Source: a virus. Taken from it: a stretch of 64,000 bases of DNA. Position numbers and translations under genes: made by a program. The notes beneath the pieces are model-generated. The model worked only from the letters and a program-made list of their open reading frames with translations. It made no database searches and had not been told where the DNA came from. Shown here piece by piece: positions 25,437-37,163 of this stretch; positions within the stretch are counted from its first letter, which is position 1; each line of letters begins with the position of its first letter. Location of the stretch: positions 64,001-128,000 of the IMG/VR virus record IMGVR_UViG_3300037400_003528; one strand, written 5' to 3'.

Positions 25437-27385
25437 ACTTTTTTTACCGTTTGATTAATAGGCTCCCAGCGTCGCATTTTATATTCTTTTACTCTTGCAT
25501 TTGACCAAGTATTAATTGGAGTATAAAAACCTACAACACGAGTATATTCTGTTTCAACAGGTTTTCCACAAATTGGGCAAGTTCTTCCATAAAAGGCATG
25601 ATTATCTTCACAAGCCTGAATTTTTGTATTAAAAGCAAAATATGTCACACCAGCATCAGCAATATATTTTACCATTTTATAAGCCATTTTATAAGAATTA
25701 AAAGGAGCATCAATATTAACATGAAGAATAGATCCACCATTGCAAAAACTATCAAATAAAGCCTGTACTCTTATTCTCTCTTGCAATGTAGTTTTTATTC
25801 CTAATGGAATAAATTGATTACCATAAAGAGGTAAATCATAAATTGAAGCATTAGGATAAAAGAACATATCTTTTTTCATAAGTTTTGCGGCGGCAGTTTC
25901 ACCAGGAATTTGTTCTGTATTAATCATATAATCACAATTATAAGTTTCAATAAATTCATCAGCAGTTTGTCTCATTACTTTAAAGATTTTTTCTCCAAAT
26001 TTACTTGCCTTTTCTGTATAAAAATTATTTCCTAAATTATCTTTTTTTACATAATGGAAACGTTTCATCGTTTCATAAATACCAATAAAACCAATAGTAT
26101 TATATAAATGTTCAAAATCAACTAATTTATAAGAAAAATTAGGAAGTAATCCTTTATCTACATCACGTTTAATAATATTACGAACTATATCAAGAGCCTT
26201 TAGATTTAAAAGAACTCGTTTTTCTAACTCTTTAAGATATTCTTCTTCTGAATTTGTATCTAAAGCTAATCGTGCTAAATTAATAGTAGAAACTTTTACA
26301 CTACCAACTTTAAGGGCGGTTCCGCCGATTGAGTTAAAGTAGCCTAAATCTCTTATATCACTTTTTAATCTACAACAATTACTTAAACTATTTACACTGT
26401 CATCTACAAAAATATTACTATCTGACCATATCATATTATGTTTGATAGCCCACTTTGCAAAATCAGAATCAACAAAATCTCCGTTTTGATAAAGTAGTGA
26501 AATAGTATTTACAGGAAATGTAAACATATTTTCACTTCTCGTTTTTGCCATCTATTCCATATACCACTTTTGAAACTCAATAATTTCATCTTCATAATCA
26601 ATCATAAAAGTACCATCTGGAAATTCTGCACCACCAAATAATGCTTCAAAATAAGGTTTATCAAATACTGATGTATTGGTAAATGCGGATTGTTGTCCAT
26701 CACGAACATAAGGTTGATTCACCGCATAAATAAAACGTTGAAAGTTTTGACGCGCGTATCCTTCAGCAGACTCTGATGTAGTTATACCAAGGTAGTCCGT
26801 CTATTTATCTTTATTCCAAAAATAAAACATATATGGAATTAAGTTAGGTAAACCTACTGCTCCACTACTTCGATTACTTGCAAAACCAATAAATTCTTTT
26901 ACAAAGTCAACAAAAGTAGTAAGATGCTTTGCGGGCTTATAATTAAACGGATCTCCTATGAAATAAAGACCTTTTTCCGCTAAATCTTTTAAATCGTAAG
27001 CAAAACAATAATGTTTAAATGTAGATGTATCTGAATCATGTAAATATAATTCTCCAACCCACTCCGCACGTAACCATTCATTAGCTGTTTTAAATCCATA
27101 TTTTTTTTGAATTTCATAATAAATTTTATTAAAAGCTAAAAGTTTTCTATGTGGCTTAGGCATTTCAGAAAGTAATGTCACCATATCTTTTCGTCTAACA
27201 TTACTATTTCCATCTATTGAAACATTAGCAACTGTTTTTTCATCAATAAAATTATCTATAAAATCAGTATAACTTAATTGATCATCATCAAAACCATTGA
27301 TTCGTGCAATCTATGTTCCAAACTATCCTTGTAATTTATTATATTGTGTTGTAAAATTTTTTCCAAGTCTAATAGGTATTTGCAT
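25433..27385 (-). CDS. nrdD: anaerobic ribonucleoside-triphosphate reductase NrdD (650 aa, 4 TAG)
   Basis: ORFs 25433..26551 and 26801..27184 share a frame and are bridged by TAG-containing sequence. The C-terminal glycyl-radical region reads 'RVVGFYTP' next to a Zn site 'CPICG'. Confidence 0.85.
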
Positions 27386-27594
27386 TAGTTATAATTCTCC
27401 TTTAACCATTGAATAGCTTGTCCAAAATCTAAAATAGTATTATTTATTTCAAGGGCGGGTGCTGATAAAATACCTAACTATAACATTTTATCAATATCCT
27501 AATTTATTATATATGATATATTATTTTGATTTAATTTTTTCTACAATACTTTACATTTTGGACAATGTGTTGTATATAATATGATATTCATCAT
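27385..27594 (-). CDS. nrdH: NrdH/glutaredoxin-like redoxin (69 aa, 3 TAG)
   Basis: N-terminal 'MMNIILYTTHCPKCK' carries a CxxC thioredoxin-fold motif. The gene is adjacent to nrdD. Confidence 0.7.
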
Positions 27595-27637
27595 TTTTCT
27601 CCTTATTATATTTTTAAAATTATAAAATATAAATTAA

Positions 27638-28192
27638 TTATTTTTGTTCATTTCGAATAATATGAAACAAATCAGATATAATAGGTTGTACCTAATTTGT
27701 TTCATTTAAAATTACTTTATAAGAAAAAGGAAGATTTTTAAAATCTTCTTTATCAGTAAAAAAACGTCTACATATTTCTGAACAATCAGGAGAACTCTAT
27801 CGTGATAATTGTCTTAATAATCTAATTTTATCAGAACAATGTATCATAATAGGTATACACTAGATATTCTATTTCTATAAAATCTAATTAATAGCTCTTG
27901 GAGAAAAAACACCAATATTAATTTTATCTTCTTTTAAATCATCTATTGATGTACCATACCACCAGTTATTGAAACATTGAGACTATATCCACTATTTGTT
28001 TTTAAACTACTAAATAGTTAAAAAATGATAATGGACATTCTATTTTTCATATACTCGCGGAGGTCTTGTAGTAGATGTAATAATCTTATGTAAATGAATT
28101 TTTCCATAAATAGTTTCAAAAAGTCTGGAAAGAATATAATCCTTTCCAGACCCTGCTGGTCCACATAAAGCGATAATTTTATATTTACTCAT
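27638..28192 (-). CDS. guanylate-kinase-like dNMP kinase (184 aa, ~9 TAG including a TAG-TAG tandem)
   Basis: P-loop 'GPAGSGKD' and 'TTRPPR' motif are present. The start overlaps the DNA polymerase stop. Confidence 0.7.
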
Positions 28193-31100
28193 TTATTGCC
28201 TCCATTCCATATCTTGTTGAAGTTAGTTCAATTCTTCTTCCATTTACATTTGTTATCAAATAAAGCTGATGCCCGCCAGTACTTTTATATTTTTTAGCTA
28301 CAAAAGTATCATCACGTCTATATCCTGTAACTAATAATTTATTACCACGAGTAAACCAACCTTTTTCTTTTACTTTTTTGACACCTTCTTCATTCACTTC
28401 ACTTATCTGTCTATTGAACATTGCATAATAATCACGAGTAAATTTAACATTAACAGTTCCTGTTGGTGTTAAAAGAGTAACTATATGACGGGTATCATTT
28501 TTATCAATAACAGTTCCCGCAATTCTTTGTAACTTATAAATAGGAATTTGTTTACCATTACGTTTAAAAAAGTAATCAACCACAGGAGAAGAAGAAAGAT
28601 TATTAAAATCTACAATCCCATAAAAACTATTATCAATATTTTCTAATTCGTGAGCATGATAATAAAAACATAAGGATTTCATTTCCCAGAAAGAAATATT
28701 TCCTTCTGCATATTTATTCCATTCTTCTTCAAAAAGTTTCAAATTTAATTGTTGTAAAACTTCTTGTTGTTCACATTGTAACCATGCTCGTACGTTATCC
28801 ATAATTTTATTATAAATTTTGTCCCATGTTTTTTGTTTTATTACAAAACAATTATTTATAATATCAACATCTTCCATATCGAAATGATCAGAATAAAAAT
28901 TCATACTATATTGTTCTGGCATAACATAATTATCTTGCCATTTCTTTGTTTTTAAATATTTATTAAAAAAGAAAACTCTTTTTTCAAAATCTAAAGATTC
29001 AGGAAAAAGATTATAATTAATTAAAGTTGATACATTTTGAAGATTTAATCGTGTTTTTGGGTTACTTGTAATAGATAAATAATATACCATAGCCCATATA
29101 CGAGGATTTACATTATTTTTTTTAGCTTCTTCTTTTGATAATTCATCAAAAGCACCTGCTTTAATTAAACTAATCATGGCGGTTTTATTTAATTTACACC
29201 TATTCATAAAATCTTTAATAGATTCATATGGACGATTTTGTTTAATCTGGTCAACAACAGATGCTCCTACATTACTTAATGCCTTCATACCGAATAAGAT
29301 TTGATTATTTTCTACATCGGGTTTAAAACCATAATCTGATTTATTAATATCTACTAAACTAACTTCAATACCCGCATTTATAATTTCACCTAATGCTTTT
29401 GCAACCTTACCATAATCAGTTACATTTTCTTTTTTCTTAATAGGCGTATCATCTTCATCATACTCAACATCATCTTCTTCTTCAAGACTTCCACTATTTA
29501 CTACAAGACATGCGGCATCCCAATAAATTGGACTCCAATGTGTAGCAATATAAGCTGTTTGGAAACCGATAAAACTATAAGCAAGAGCATGAATGATAGA
29601 AAATGAGTATCCCATCTGAGGACCGACACCATTTTCCCATACGTATTTACCAAGTTTTTCTGAAGATGCCCGCTCTAAGATTTTTTGATGTAATTCTGGA
29701 ATTTTACTCATTTGTTTCTTACCAACAATTTTTCTTGCGGCGTTTGCTTCCGCTAAGGTAAAGTTACAAATATTCTTATCCATAAGCATTAACATCAATT
29801 GTTCTTGCGAAGGGGGAACTCCATACGATGATTTAAAATACGGTTCAAGATAATCTCTTTCGTCTGGAGTTAAACCAAATATATACATTTCTTTATACCA
29901 AAGGTCAAGATTATTCTTATAACGGATATATTTTTCCATCGGTGTTTCCGCACCCTTTTCCGCAGTCATTAATCTCATAAGACCATTGGCATCAGTTAAC
30001 TCAAGAATTGTTTTCGGTTTAATTTTTTTAGCAGCCTGACTACCAACTTCTGAATCAAACTGAAACACATTTATTACTGAACCATTTTGAATCGCATCCC
30101 ATACATCTTTATCATTTATAGGTAAAACATTTGGATGAAAATATTTATCATAAACAGGACGTAGATTAATTCCAGTATCTTCTATTTCTCCATCCTCTTG
30201 TAAAAATCTAATTGCTTGAGCGAGTTTATCTTGAACTTCTGTAACCAGAAAGTCATATTTAACAAGACCTGCCGCTTCACAATCATGTAAATCATATTGT
30301 GTAATTATTTCTCCCTTTGGAGTTTTCATGAAGCACCCAAATTCATATGGATCTTCGTCAAAAAGAATTACACCAGAAGCATGACTACTACGTTTATTTA
30401 CAAGACCAACAATACCAAAAATAATATCAAGAAGTCCAGGATATTCATTTACTTCTTTAACAAAAACGTGAACAGGTTCTCTATCTTTATCTTTGTTACC
30501 ATTTATAACATCTTCAAGAGGCCACAAAAATCCTCTCTCTGAAGGAATTAATGATGCTATATACTGTGCTTCATCATTATCAATACCATCAGGAAATTCT
30601 TCTGACCTATATCCGCGGCAAGCGGTAAGAACTGCGGACTTAGTTTGTTCTGTACCATATGTGGCTACTAAAGTACAACCTAGATTCTTTCGTGATAAAT
30701 CATCTATATCAGGATTAAATCTGCGGCCGCGCTCTTCTTTTATCTTTCTTACTATTGTTCCTTTTTTCGATGGACAAATATCAATATCAATATCACCTAA
30801 CTCAGTTCTTTCATCATTCATATAACGAAAGAAAGGTAGATTCCATTCAATTGGATCAAGCTGAGTGATACCTAAAAGATAATGATTTAATGCGGCACAT
30901 GATGAACCTCTTCCGGCACCGACAAGACTTCCGCATTCCCATATCATATCAATGTAATATTTTAATGTAATAGGATATTTGAACATATTAGTACCAAGTT
31001 TTTCTCCTATTACTTTTTTAACTCTTGCTTCTTCTTCTAGTTGTTCATAATATTTATCGTTGGTATGATTATAATGTATATGGTCAAACTTTTCACATAA

Positions 31101-32138
31101 TTGATTTACACATTCATGAACCCAATATCTATCATAAATATTATCAGATTCAAACATACCTGCAAGAGTAGGATAATGTTCATGCCAATATGAACTTGCT
31201 GGAACTTTTTCATAATTACTAATAGGAACGCTTGGAATTGTTTGATTATGAAGTAAATCATATATCTGAATTTTATCAAACATTTCCATACTATTAGCGC
31301 ACATTTCTTCTATTAATTCGCCAATAGAAGGTTCAAGATTTTTCTTTAAATCATCTTCATCTTGGAGATACGCATACTCATAGAAAGCATCGGTTTCTCT
31401 TTCTCCACCTTTAGAATTAAGATATGCTTTATGAATATATCTATCTTCTTTTTTAAGATAATGAGCATCATCTCCGATTACAATTTTTTTATCATATGAA
31501 TGTGCAATCTGTACTAATTTTTTATTTGCAATAATTTGTTCTTTAGATGCTCCTGGAGCAACCTCAATATAAAAATCATTACCAAAAATTCTATCAACAA
31601 AATCTATAAAATTAATGATTTGATTTTGTTTAATTGTCACCGTCTCTTCATCTTCCACATGTCTAGCTTTTTCCATTTCTATAATACAACTAGATAGTTC
31701 ACCGCCTAAACATGCGGATGTTGCTATAAGATGACCTGGGTTCCGCATCACCACCTCTTCTAATTCACTTTTGAGAGTTGGTACACGTTCCATACCTCTA
31801 TCCCAATAAGAATTCATCCAAGTGCGTGATGATAATTGACGTAATTGTTTATGGCCTTCCGCATCTTTAGCAATTAATATAAAGTGATAATACTTTATAC
31901 CATTTTGTCTTACATCTGTAAGATATATTTCATTGCCTATTGCTATTTTAAAATCTGGATTTTCTTTTTGAAGTTTACAAACACGAATAGATTGGGCAAG
32001 GGTTTCATGGTCTGTGATAGCCAATCCTGCAAGCCCAATCTCTTTTCCTCTTTTTACGAGGTCTGGTAATTTATTTATACAATCGAGAAGTCTAAAGTTT
32101 GACATCTCTGTATGACAATGTGGAACAAAACGTTGCAT
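28185..32138 (-). CDS. DNA polymerase III alpha (DnaE/PolC family) with N-terminal PHP domain, 1317 aa, no TAG
   Basis: Supplied ORF. PHP motif 'FVPHCHTEMS...ITDHE' at the N terminus; the remainder is large-polymerase-like. Confidence 0.8.
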   Translation of the reverse strand: MQRFVPHCHTEMSNFRLLDCINKLPDLVKRGKEIGLAGLAITDHETLAQSIRVCKLQKENPDFKIAIGNEIYLTDVRQNGIKYYHFILIAKDAEGHKQLRQLSSRTWMNSYWDRGMERVPTLKSELEEVVMRNPGHLIATSACLGGELSSCIIEMEKARHVEDEETVTIKQNQIINFIDFVDRIFGNDFYIEVAPGASKEQIIANKKLVQIAHSYDKKIVIGDDAHYLKKEDRYIHKAYLNSKGGERETDAFYEYAYLQDEDDLKKNLEPSIGELIEEMCANSMEMFDKIQIYDLLHNQTIPSVPISNYEKVPASSYWHEHYPTLAGMFESDNIYDRYWVHECVNQLCEKFDHIHYNHTNDKYYEQLEEEARVKKVIGEKLGTNMFKYPITLKYYIDMIWECGSLVGAGRGSSCAALNHYLLGITQLDPIEWNLPFFRYMNDERTELGDIDIDICPSKKGTIVRKIKEERGRRFNPDIDDLSRKNLGCTLVATYGTEQTKSAVLTACRGYRSEEFPDGIDNDEAQYIASLIPSERGFLWPLEDVINGNKDKDREPVHVFVKEVNEYPGLLDIIFGIVGLVNKRSSHASGVILFDEDPYEFGCFMKTPKGEIITQYDLHDCEAAGLVKYDFLVTEVQDKLAQAIRFLQEDGEIEDTGINLRPVYDKYFHPNVLPINDKDVWDAIQNGSVINVFQFDSEVGSQAAKKIKPKTILELTDANGLMRLMTAEKGAETPMEKYIRYKNNLDLWYKEMYIFGLTPDERDYLEPYFKSSYGVPPSQEQLMLMLMDKNICNFTLAEANAARKIVGKKQMSKIPELHQKILERASSEKLGKYVWENGVGPQMGYSFSIIHALAYSFIGFQTAYIATHWSPIYWDAACLVVNSGSLEEEDDVEYDEDDTPIKKKENVTDYGKVAKALGEIINAGIEVSLVDINKSDYGFKPDVENNQILFGMKALSNVGASVVDQIKQNRPYESIKDFMNRCKLNKTAMISLIKAGAFDELSKEEAKKNNVNPRIWAMVYYLSITSNPKTRLNLQNVSTLINYNLFPESLDFEKRVFFFNKYLKTKKWQDNYVMPEQYSMNFYSDHFDMEDVDIINNCFVIKQKTWDKIYNKIMDNVRAWLQCEQQEVLQQLNLKLFEEEWNKYAEGNISFWEMKSLCFYYHAHELENIDNSFYGIVDFNNLSSSPVVDYFFKRNGKQIPIYKLQRIAGTVIDKNDTRHIVTLLTPTGTVNVKFTRDYYAMFNRQISEVNEEGVKKVKEKGWFTRGNKLLVTGYRRDDTFVAKKYKSTGGHQLYLITNVNGRRIELTSTRYGMEAINE

Positions 32139-32196
32139 TTATTAAACCTCTCTTTAGTTTATTATATAAATATTATATCATAATTTTTATTAATTG

Positions 32197-32391
32197 TCAA
32201 AAGTAAAATTCATCTCTTGTTTTTACTTTTCTTTCAAATTCTTTACAAGTTACATAAAATTCAATTACTTCAGGACAAGATTCATTATCAAGTTTCCCTT
32301 CGACCTTTGAAATAATTTCAGGTACTTCAATTTCTGTATATTTACAAACATTATGTTTTTTACAATCTTCACATTCAAAATTAATATTCAT
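32197..32391 (-). CDS. hypothetical small Cys-containing protein (64 aa)
   Basis: Supplied ORF in the operon position between the nuclease and polymerase genes. Confidence 0.35.
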   Translation of the reverse strand: MNINFECEDCKKHNVCKYTEIEVPEIISKVEGKLDNESCPEVIEFYVTCKEFERKVKTRDEFYF

Positions 32392-32412
32392 ATTTACCTC
32401 ACTAAAACTAAT

Positions 32413-33384
32413 TTATCTTCTTGATTCATAATAATCTTTTTCGTTTTCTGGCGTTAAAAGAAAATGTGTAGTTTCTAATTTTAAATCTTCAAAAGTATAT
32501 TCTGTATCATAGGGGATACGAATTAATGGAATATTATGTTCAAAGCAATATTTATTTTTTAATAAATCATTTTGTCTTGTTACTTTAAAAGTATTTTCAT
32601 TATTCCAAGTATTACCAGAATGATATTTAAAATGTTGTTCTCCATTATATTCAATTATATAAAAATTATCAATAAAAAAATCAAAATATACTGGATAATT
32701 ATTTATTGATTTTAAATCATTAAAAGTTTTTTGTGTAATAAAATTAATATTATTAGTCATTAAAATTTCATTTATATTATATTCTCCGTAAGATAAACCT
32801 AAGCAGCCACAAGATTTTGTAGTTCCTGAAAGTAAATATGCAGCACTTACATTACAATAGTTTCCGCAATCGCATTTACAATGCCAAATAACTCTACCTC
32901 GTTTTCTTTCTTTTGTTTTATATAAAGGTGTTAATTTACCAAATTTTTGATTTGTTAAATCTATAATTTTTTTAGATTCATGTCCACAACTAGTACTTTC
33001 TCCAGATATTAAACTTGAACCTAATACGGATTTTATTATACCACATGAACATTCGCATAACCAATAAGCATGTTCATTTTTAACCTAATTAAATTTTAAA
33101 ACTTTCCAATCTCCGAATGTTTGATTTGATAAATCTTTAATTGGTCTACCACCAGCTTTATTTTCCGTTTTTAAACATCCACAACTTTTAGTATGACCAT
33201 TTTTTAAATGATTGGCTGCAACTGCTAAAATTGTATGTTTATTACATTGACACTAACAGACCCACATAGGTTTTTTACCTTGATTCTAAGTTCTATATAG
33301 TACTTTTAAGCGATTAAATTGTTGTCCCGATAAATTTTTAGCTCTTCCTATAGAAATTTTTGGAAAACCTTTTATTTCTTCCAT
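32413..33384 (-). CDS. putative (homing) endonuclease: three N-terminal Zn-ribbon repeats plus C-terminal Vsr/DUF559-like PD-(D/E)xK nuclease (323 aa, 3 TAG)
   Basis: The N-terminal module 'F..L.V....W.C.C.CG.....L..G.T.SCGC' occurs three times. The C terminus 'YFDFFIDNFYIIEYNGEQHF...IPLIRIPY' resembles Vsr-like endonucleases. Confidence 0.55.
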
Positions 33385-33391
33385 ATTATAC

Positions 33392-34576
33392 TTACCTCAC
33401 TAATACTAATTTGGAACTGGCTCTCGTACACGCTGTATATAACCACCGAGCATGCTCTTCTTTATTAAAAGGAAAGTTTTCTTCTATAACGAGAACTTTC
33501 GACCATTCGCTACCTTGAGCACGATGGGTAGTAATAGCATAACCGTACGTAAATTCATACGGGATTAAATTTTGATATTTAATATTTTTTCCTAATATAT
33601 ATTTCTCCTTTTGAGTTAAAGAGCCTTCTCCTATTAATATATAATTTTTATCCATATTCAATAAACCAAAATTGTCCCCATCTTCTGATATAAAATTACC
33701 AGAAATTATTGGGATAATATTATTAGATTTTTTTACCCAAGGAGGAATTTTATAATATGTTTCATATGAATTAGATAAATATCCCATTGTTCCATTAATT
33801 AAAGGAGCATCAGTATCAGAATAATTATCCCAATAATTTCTTAAACAAGTTAAGCGTTCTCGTTCTCCAATAACTCCTTTTTCAAAACCCATAAGGTCTC
33901 TCATTTGATTATTAATAGCTACGCGTGTTGCATTTGTACCTACTAGTATCTGGTCTGCCCATTTAAGTACACCAGTATTTAAATCTTTTTTAGGCATAAC
34001 AATAGCATCATGGCTAGTAAAATATTCAAATGATTCTTTATTGCGGACTTGCATAGATAGTCTAATAATTTCAGAATCTAAAGCCTGTCGCATAATTTCA
34101 TCAAGGAAAACATCAGGATTATTCAAAAGACCATTATCTTGATTTTTATCTACTGGCGGAAGCTGGAATGGGTCCCCTAAAGCAATTATAAAAACGTTAT
34201 GTGTAAAAAGAAGTTCCATTAACTGTTTAGGAGCCATAGAAACTTCATCAACAATAACAATTTTATAATCTATAAAAGGTTTAGGTTTGCGGAAGAAGGT
34301 TCCATCAGGTTTAGGAATACTTTCATAAAGAAGTTTATGTAAAGTTAAAACATTTTTATTACCTTTTTTAAGAAGAACTTGCGCCGCCTTACCTGTATAA
34401 CAAGCATATACTACATCTTCTTCAAGGTTAATACCTGGAAGATTTTGAACAATAAATTTTACTAATGTAGATTTACCGGCGCCCGCATATCCAGATATAA
34501 CACAATATTTTTCACCGTTAATATATTTCTCAATACAAGTTTTTAAACCTTGCTCTTGCTTTTTTGTTAATATCAT
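33392..34576 (-). CDS. SF1B (Dda/RecD/Pif1-like) DNA helicase, 394 aa
   Basis: Walker A 'GYAGAGKST', 'DEVSM' and 'TTHRAQGSEW' are readable. Confidence 0.8.
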   Translation of the reverse strand: MILTKKQEQGLKTCIEKYINGEKYCVISGYAGAGKSTLVKFIVQNLPGINLEEDVVYACYTGKAAQVLLKKGNKNVLTLHKLLYESIPKPDGTFFRKPKPFIDYKIVIVDEVSMAPKQLMELLFTHNVFIIALGDPFQLPPVDKNQDNGLLNNPDVFLDEIMRQALDSEIIRLSMQVRNKESFEYFTSHDAIVMPKKDLNTGVLKWADQILVGTNATRVAINNQMRDLMGFEKGVIGERERLTCLRNYWDNYSDTDAPLINGTMGYLSNSYETYYKIPPWVKKSNNIIPIISGNFISEDGDNFGLLNMDKNYILIGEGSLTQKEKYILGKNIKYQNLIPYEFTYGYAITTHRAQGSEWSKVLVIEENFPFNKEEHARWLYTACTRASSKLVLVR

Positions 34577-34842
34577 TATTCATGTTCTCCTATTGCTTCA
34601 TCTAAAATTTCACAAAAACGTAGTATATCTCGTTTAGCCACATCATAATATTGAGATTTTTCTAATTTATGATCTCTTGACCATTCTAATTCAGCCATAG
34701 CTTCTCTAGCCCGAATATATCTATACACTAAAGAATCATATTGATAACCTTTTAATTTTTTTTCATCTTTTTTTGTAAATAATTTAAAGACAGTATCACC
34801 AATTCCTATTTCTTTTACTTCAGTATTTACAAATTCTGCCAT
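34576..34842 (-). CDS. hypothetical protein (88 aa)
   Basis: Supplied ORF coupled to the helicase start. Confidence 0.45.
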   Translation of the reverse strand: MAEFVNTEVKEIGIGDTVFKLFTKKDEKKLKGYQYDSLVYRYIRAREAMAELEWSRDHKLEKSQYYDVAKRDILRFCEILDEAIGEHE

Positions 34843-34981
34843 TATTTTTTTCTCCTTTTATTTTATATTATAATTTTATCATAAAAAAATAAAAATTGCA
34901 AAATCGAAATAAAAAAGACCAAAACCTGTTTTTAAATCAGAATCTTGGTCCAGCGCGCGCCCAGCAGATTAAAATACAAAA

Positions 34982-35254
34982 TCACTACGGTATTTTATGA
35001 TTGCTTTCATAATAAAACCCATAAGTATCGTATAATGATTGTGCAACTTTTTTAGCACAATCATGACATAAATAATAAGTTTTCTAATAAAAATCTGCCT
35101 TTTCAAAATAAGAAGGTAAAACTGAAGGATATAAAGAAAGGGTAGGGAAATTATACATACGATAACCTTTATCATTTGATTTCTTCATTTTCCTTGTATC
35201 CAATTCTTTATTACATAAATCACAAAATCCATACGCATAATGTTGTACACTCAT
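34982..35254 (-). CDS. small Zn-finger protein (90 aa, 1 TAG, ends TGA)
   Basis: RBS 'aaggag' precedes the start. Contains 'CDLC...CHDC'. Confidence 0.45.
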
Positions 35255-35264
35255 ATTATACTCC

Positions 35265-37079
35265 TTAAAATACAAAATTGCCACGGTCTATAATCTAATA
35301 ATCCTATATAAAAATTTGAGGAGATATATTTCCCATCCATTCGTTTTGATGTGCTCTTCCTATTATATTTAATTCATAATAACCAGAAGTATTCTGTAAC
35401 ATATAACATTCTTCATCAGTTGCTTTAAATTTAATTAATGATATACCTTGTGGAGTAGTTATCTTTAAAGTATTATTTTTCTTAACATAAACTGTTATCA
35501 TATCTGAAGTTACTTTTAAATGCTAAATACATATAAATGGTTCATCTATATCTTTACCCCATAAATCCTACATATTAGCAATAGTAAGTATATCATTCGG
35601 ATTTATATTATTTCCTTGATAAATATAATCTACATAATACATTGCCTAATTAGGCATGTCTTTTAATAACTCATCTGTTTTTTCTATAAATGCAGGAATG
35701 TTTTCCTACAATATACCTAGACCAAATGCTCCAGGATGACCTACCTAATACATCGTTAAATCTGTGTCCGCGCATATACTTTTAAAATCATTTATTCCTA
35801 CTTTATCACATCCTCTTGCAGAGCCTTGATATGTAGTAACTATCTAAGGAAAAGGCTGTTTTTCTCCTGGAGAAAGATCTGTATAAATAGTAATTTTAGG
35901 TATTTCCACTTTTGTTAATAAACATGTAGGCCGCTGATATTTAGCCATAATTTTATTAGCAATTAAACCTGCAATATTCTTATCAACTTGTCCAGGTTCA
36001 AGTAAAAATAATAATACTTTATGGTCTAAAAGATGTTGCTCCTATATCATTCTTTCTATTGTTTGTAACCCTGCCTCTTGTGCTTTTGTTTGTCTGTTTT
36101 TAACATTAGTAACAACTCGCATAACTTGCTAAACAAGTTGTTCCATTTCTCCAGGAGCATGTCCTCTTTTTGTAGAAGGTAACATTTTAAACGCTTTATG
36201 CTTTAACATAGATTCAAATGTCAATGTTTTTTCTTCTATTGTTCCGCTTCTGCAAATAGCATTAATATAAGGAGCCACATAAAAAGCTACACTCATATGA
36301 TTAATTTTATTATTCATAGAAAAAGCATTTTTTTCAGATAAATTTACAAAGAACGGATTTTTAAGATTATGAAAACCTTTATTAATAAGATGTTTTGTTT
36401 CAATAGATAGCATAGACATCATATCAGCACAGTTACCTAATGCCATTAAATCAGTATAATTATCAGCATTATTAATTTTGAGCAAAGAATCAAGATAACG
36501 ACAAAATTGCCAAACAACACCAGCACCGCTAAAATCTTTATTAGGATAATCTGATAATTGATTGTTTATAACAATAGCATCAGGATTCTATATATCACAA
36601 ATATGATGGTCTAAAATAATTATATTAATATTATTTTGTTTTAAACGAGTACATTCTTCTATATCATTACTCCCTGCGTCTGGGACAATAACAAGAGAAT
36701 ATACTTTAGCTTCAATTATCCAATCTATATGGTCATTTAATCCATGCTGTTTTCCTTTATGTATACAATAATCTAAATTAGTTTCTACCCAAGCGGGAAA
36801 CAGGTCATGTAGATAATTAATCAAGATTGCAGAACTGGTAAAACCGTCAGCATCACTATCTATAATAACTAAACATTTATTATTATTTTTAATATTTTGT
36901 ATTAAAAGACTGGCGGCCGCCTATAATTTTTCTCTATCTAATTCTTTAAAAGAATTTATATCGTTATCTGTTGTATTAAGATAATGATATACTTCATTAT
37001 AAGGAATTCCCCTATTAGTTAAAATTTGTTCTATTGTTGAATAACTCTAATTAATAGGATTTATTAATTGATATTTCAT
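35265..37079 (-). CDS. DHH-family phosphoesterase (RecJ-like), 604 aa, ~13 TAG
   Basis: Motifs 'IIDSDADGFTS' and 'IIILDHH' are present. The frame links ORFs 36588..36824, 36129..36485 and 35304..35501. Confidence 0.75.
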
Positions 37080-37120
37080 ATTTTTTTGTTACCTTTCTTT
37101 TATTATTTTCTCTTCTTTAT

Positions 37121-37149
37121 ATGATAACAAAAAAAATTTGAGTTGTCAA
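37121..37149 (-). promoter_or_regulatory. promoter TTGACA-17-TATCAT (minus strand) inside a 9-bp inverted repeat
   Basis: Minus-strand reading is 'ttgacaactcaaattttttttgttatcat', upstream of the DHH gene. It overlaps the palindrome gagttgtca...tgacaactc. Confidence 0.5.
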
Positions 37150-37163
37150 ATTTATATGACAAC

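Noticed and set aside
30297-30825. Plus-strand ORFs inside the minus-strand module (30297.., 30493.., 31884.., 37138.., 40722.., 42164.., 46135.., 46623.., 47134.., 57782.., 58197.., 59016..)
   Set aside because: They are antisense shadows of long, motif-bearing minus-strand genes and are low-complexity, with no RBS.
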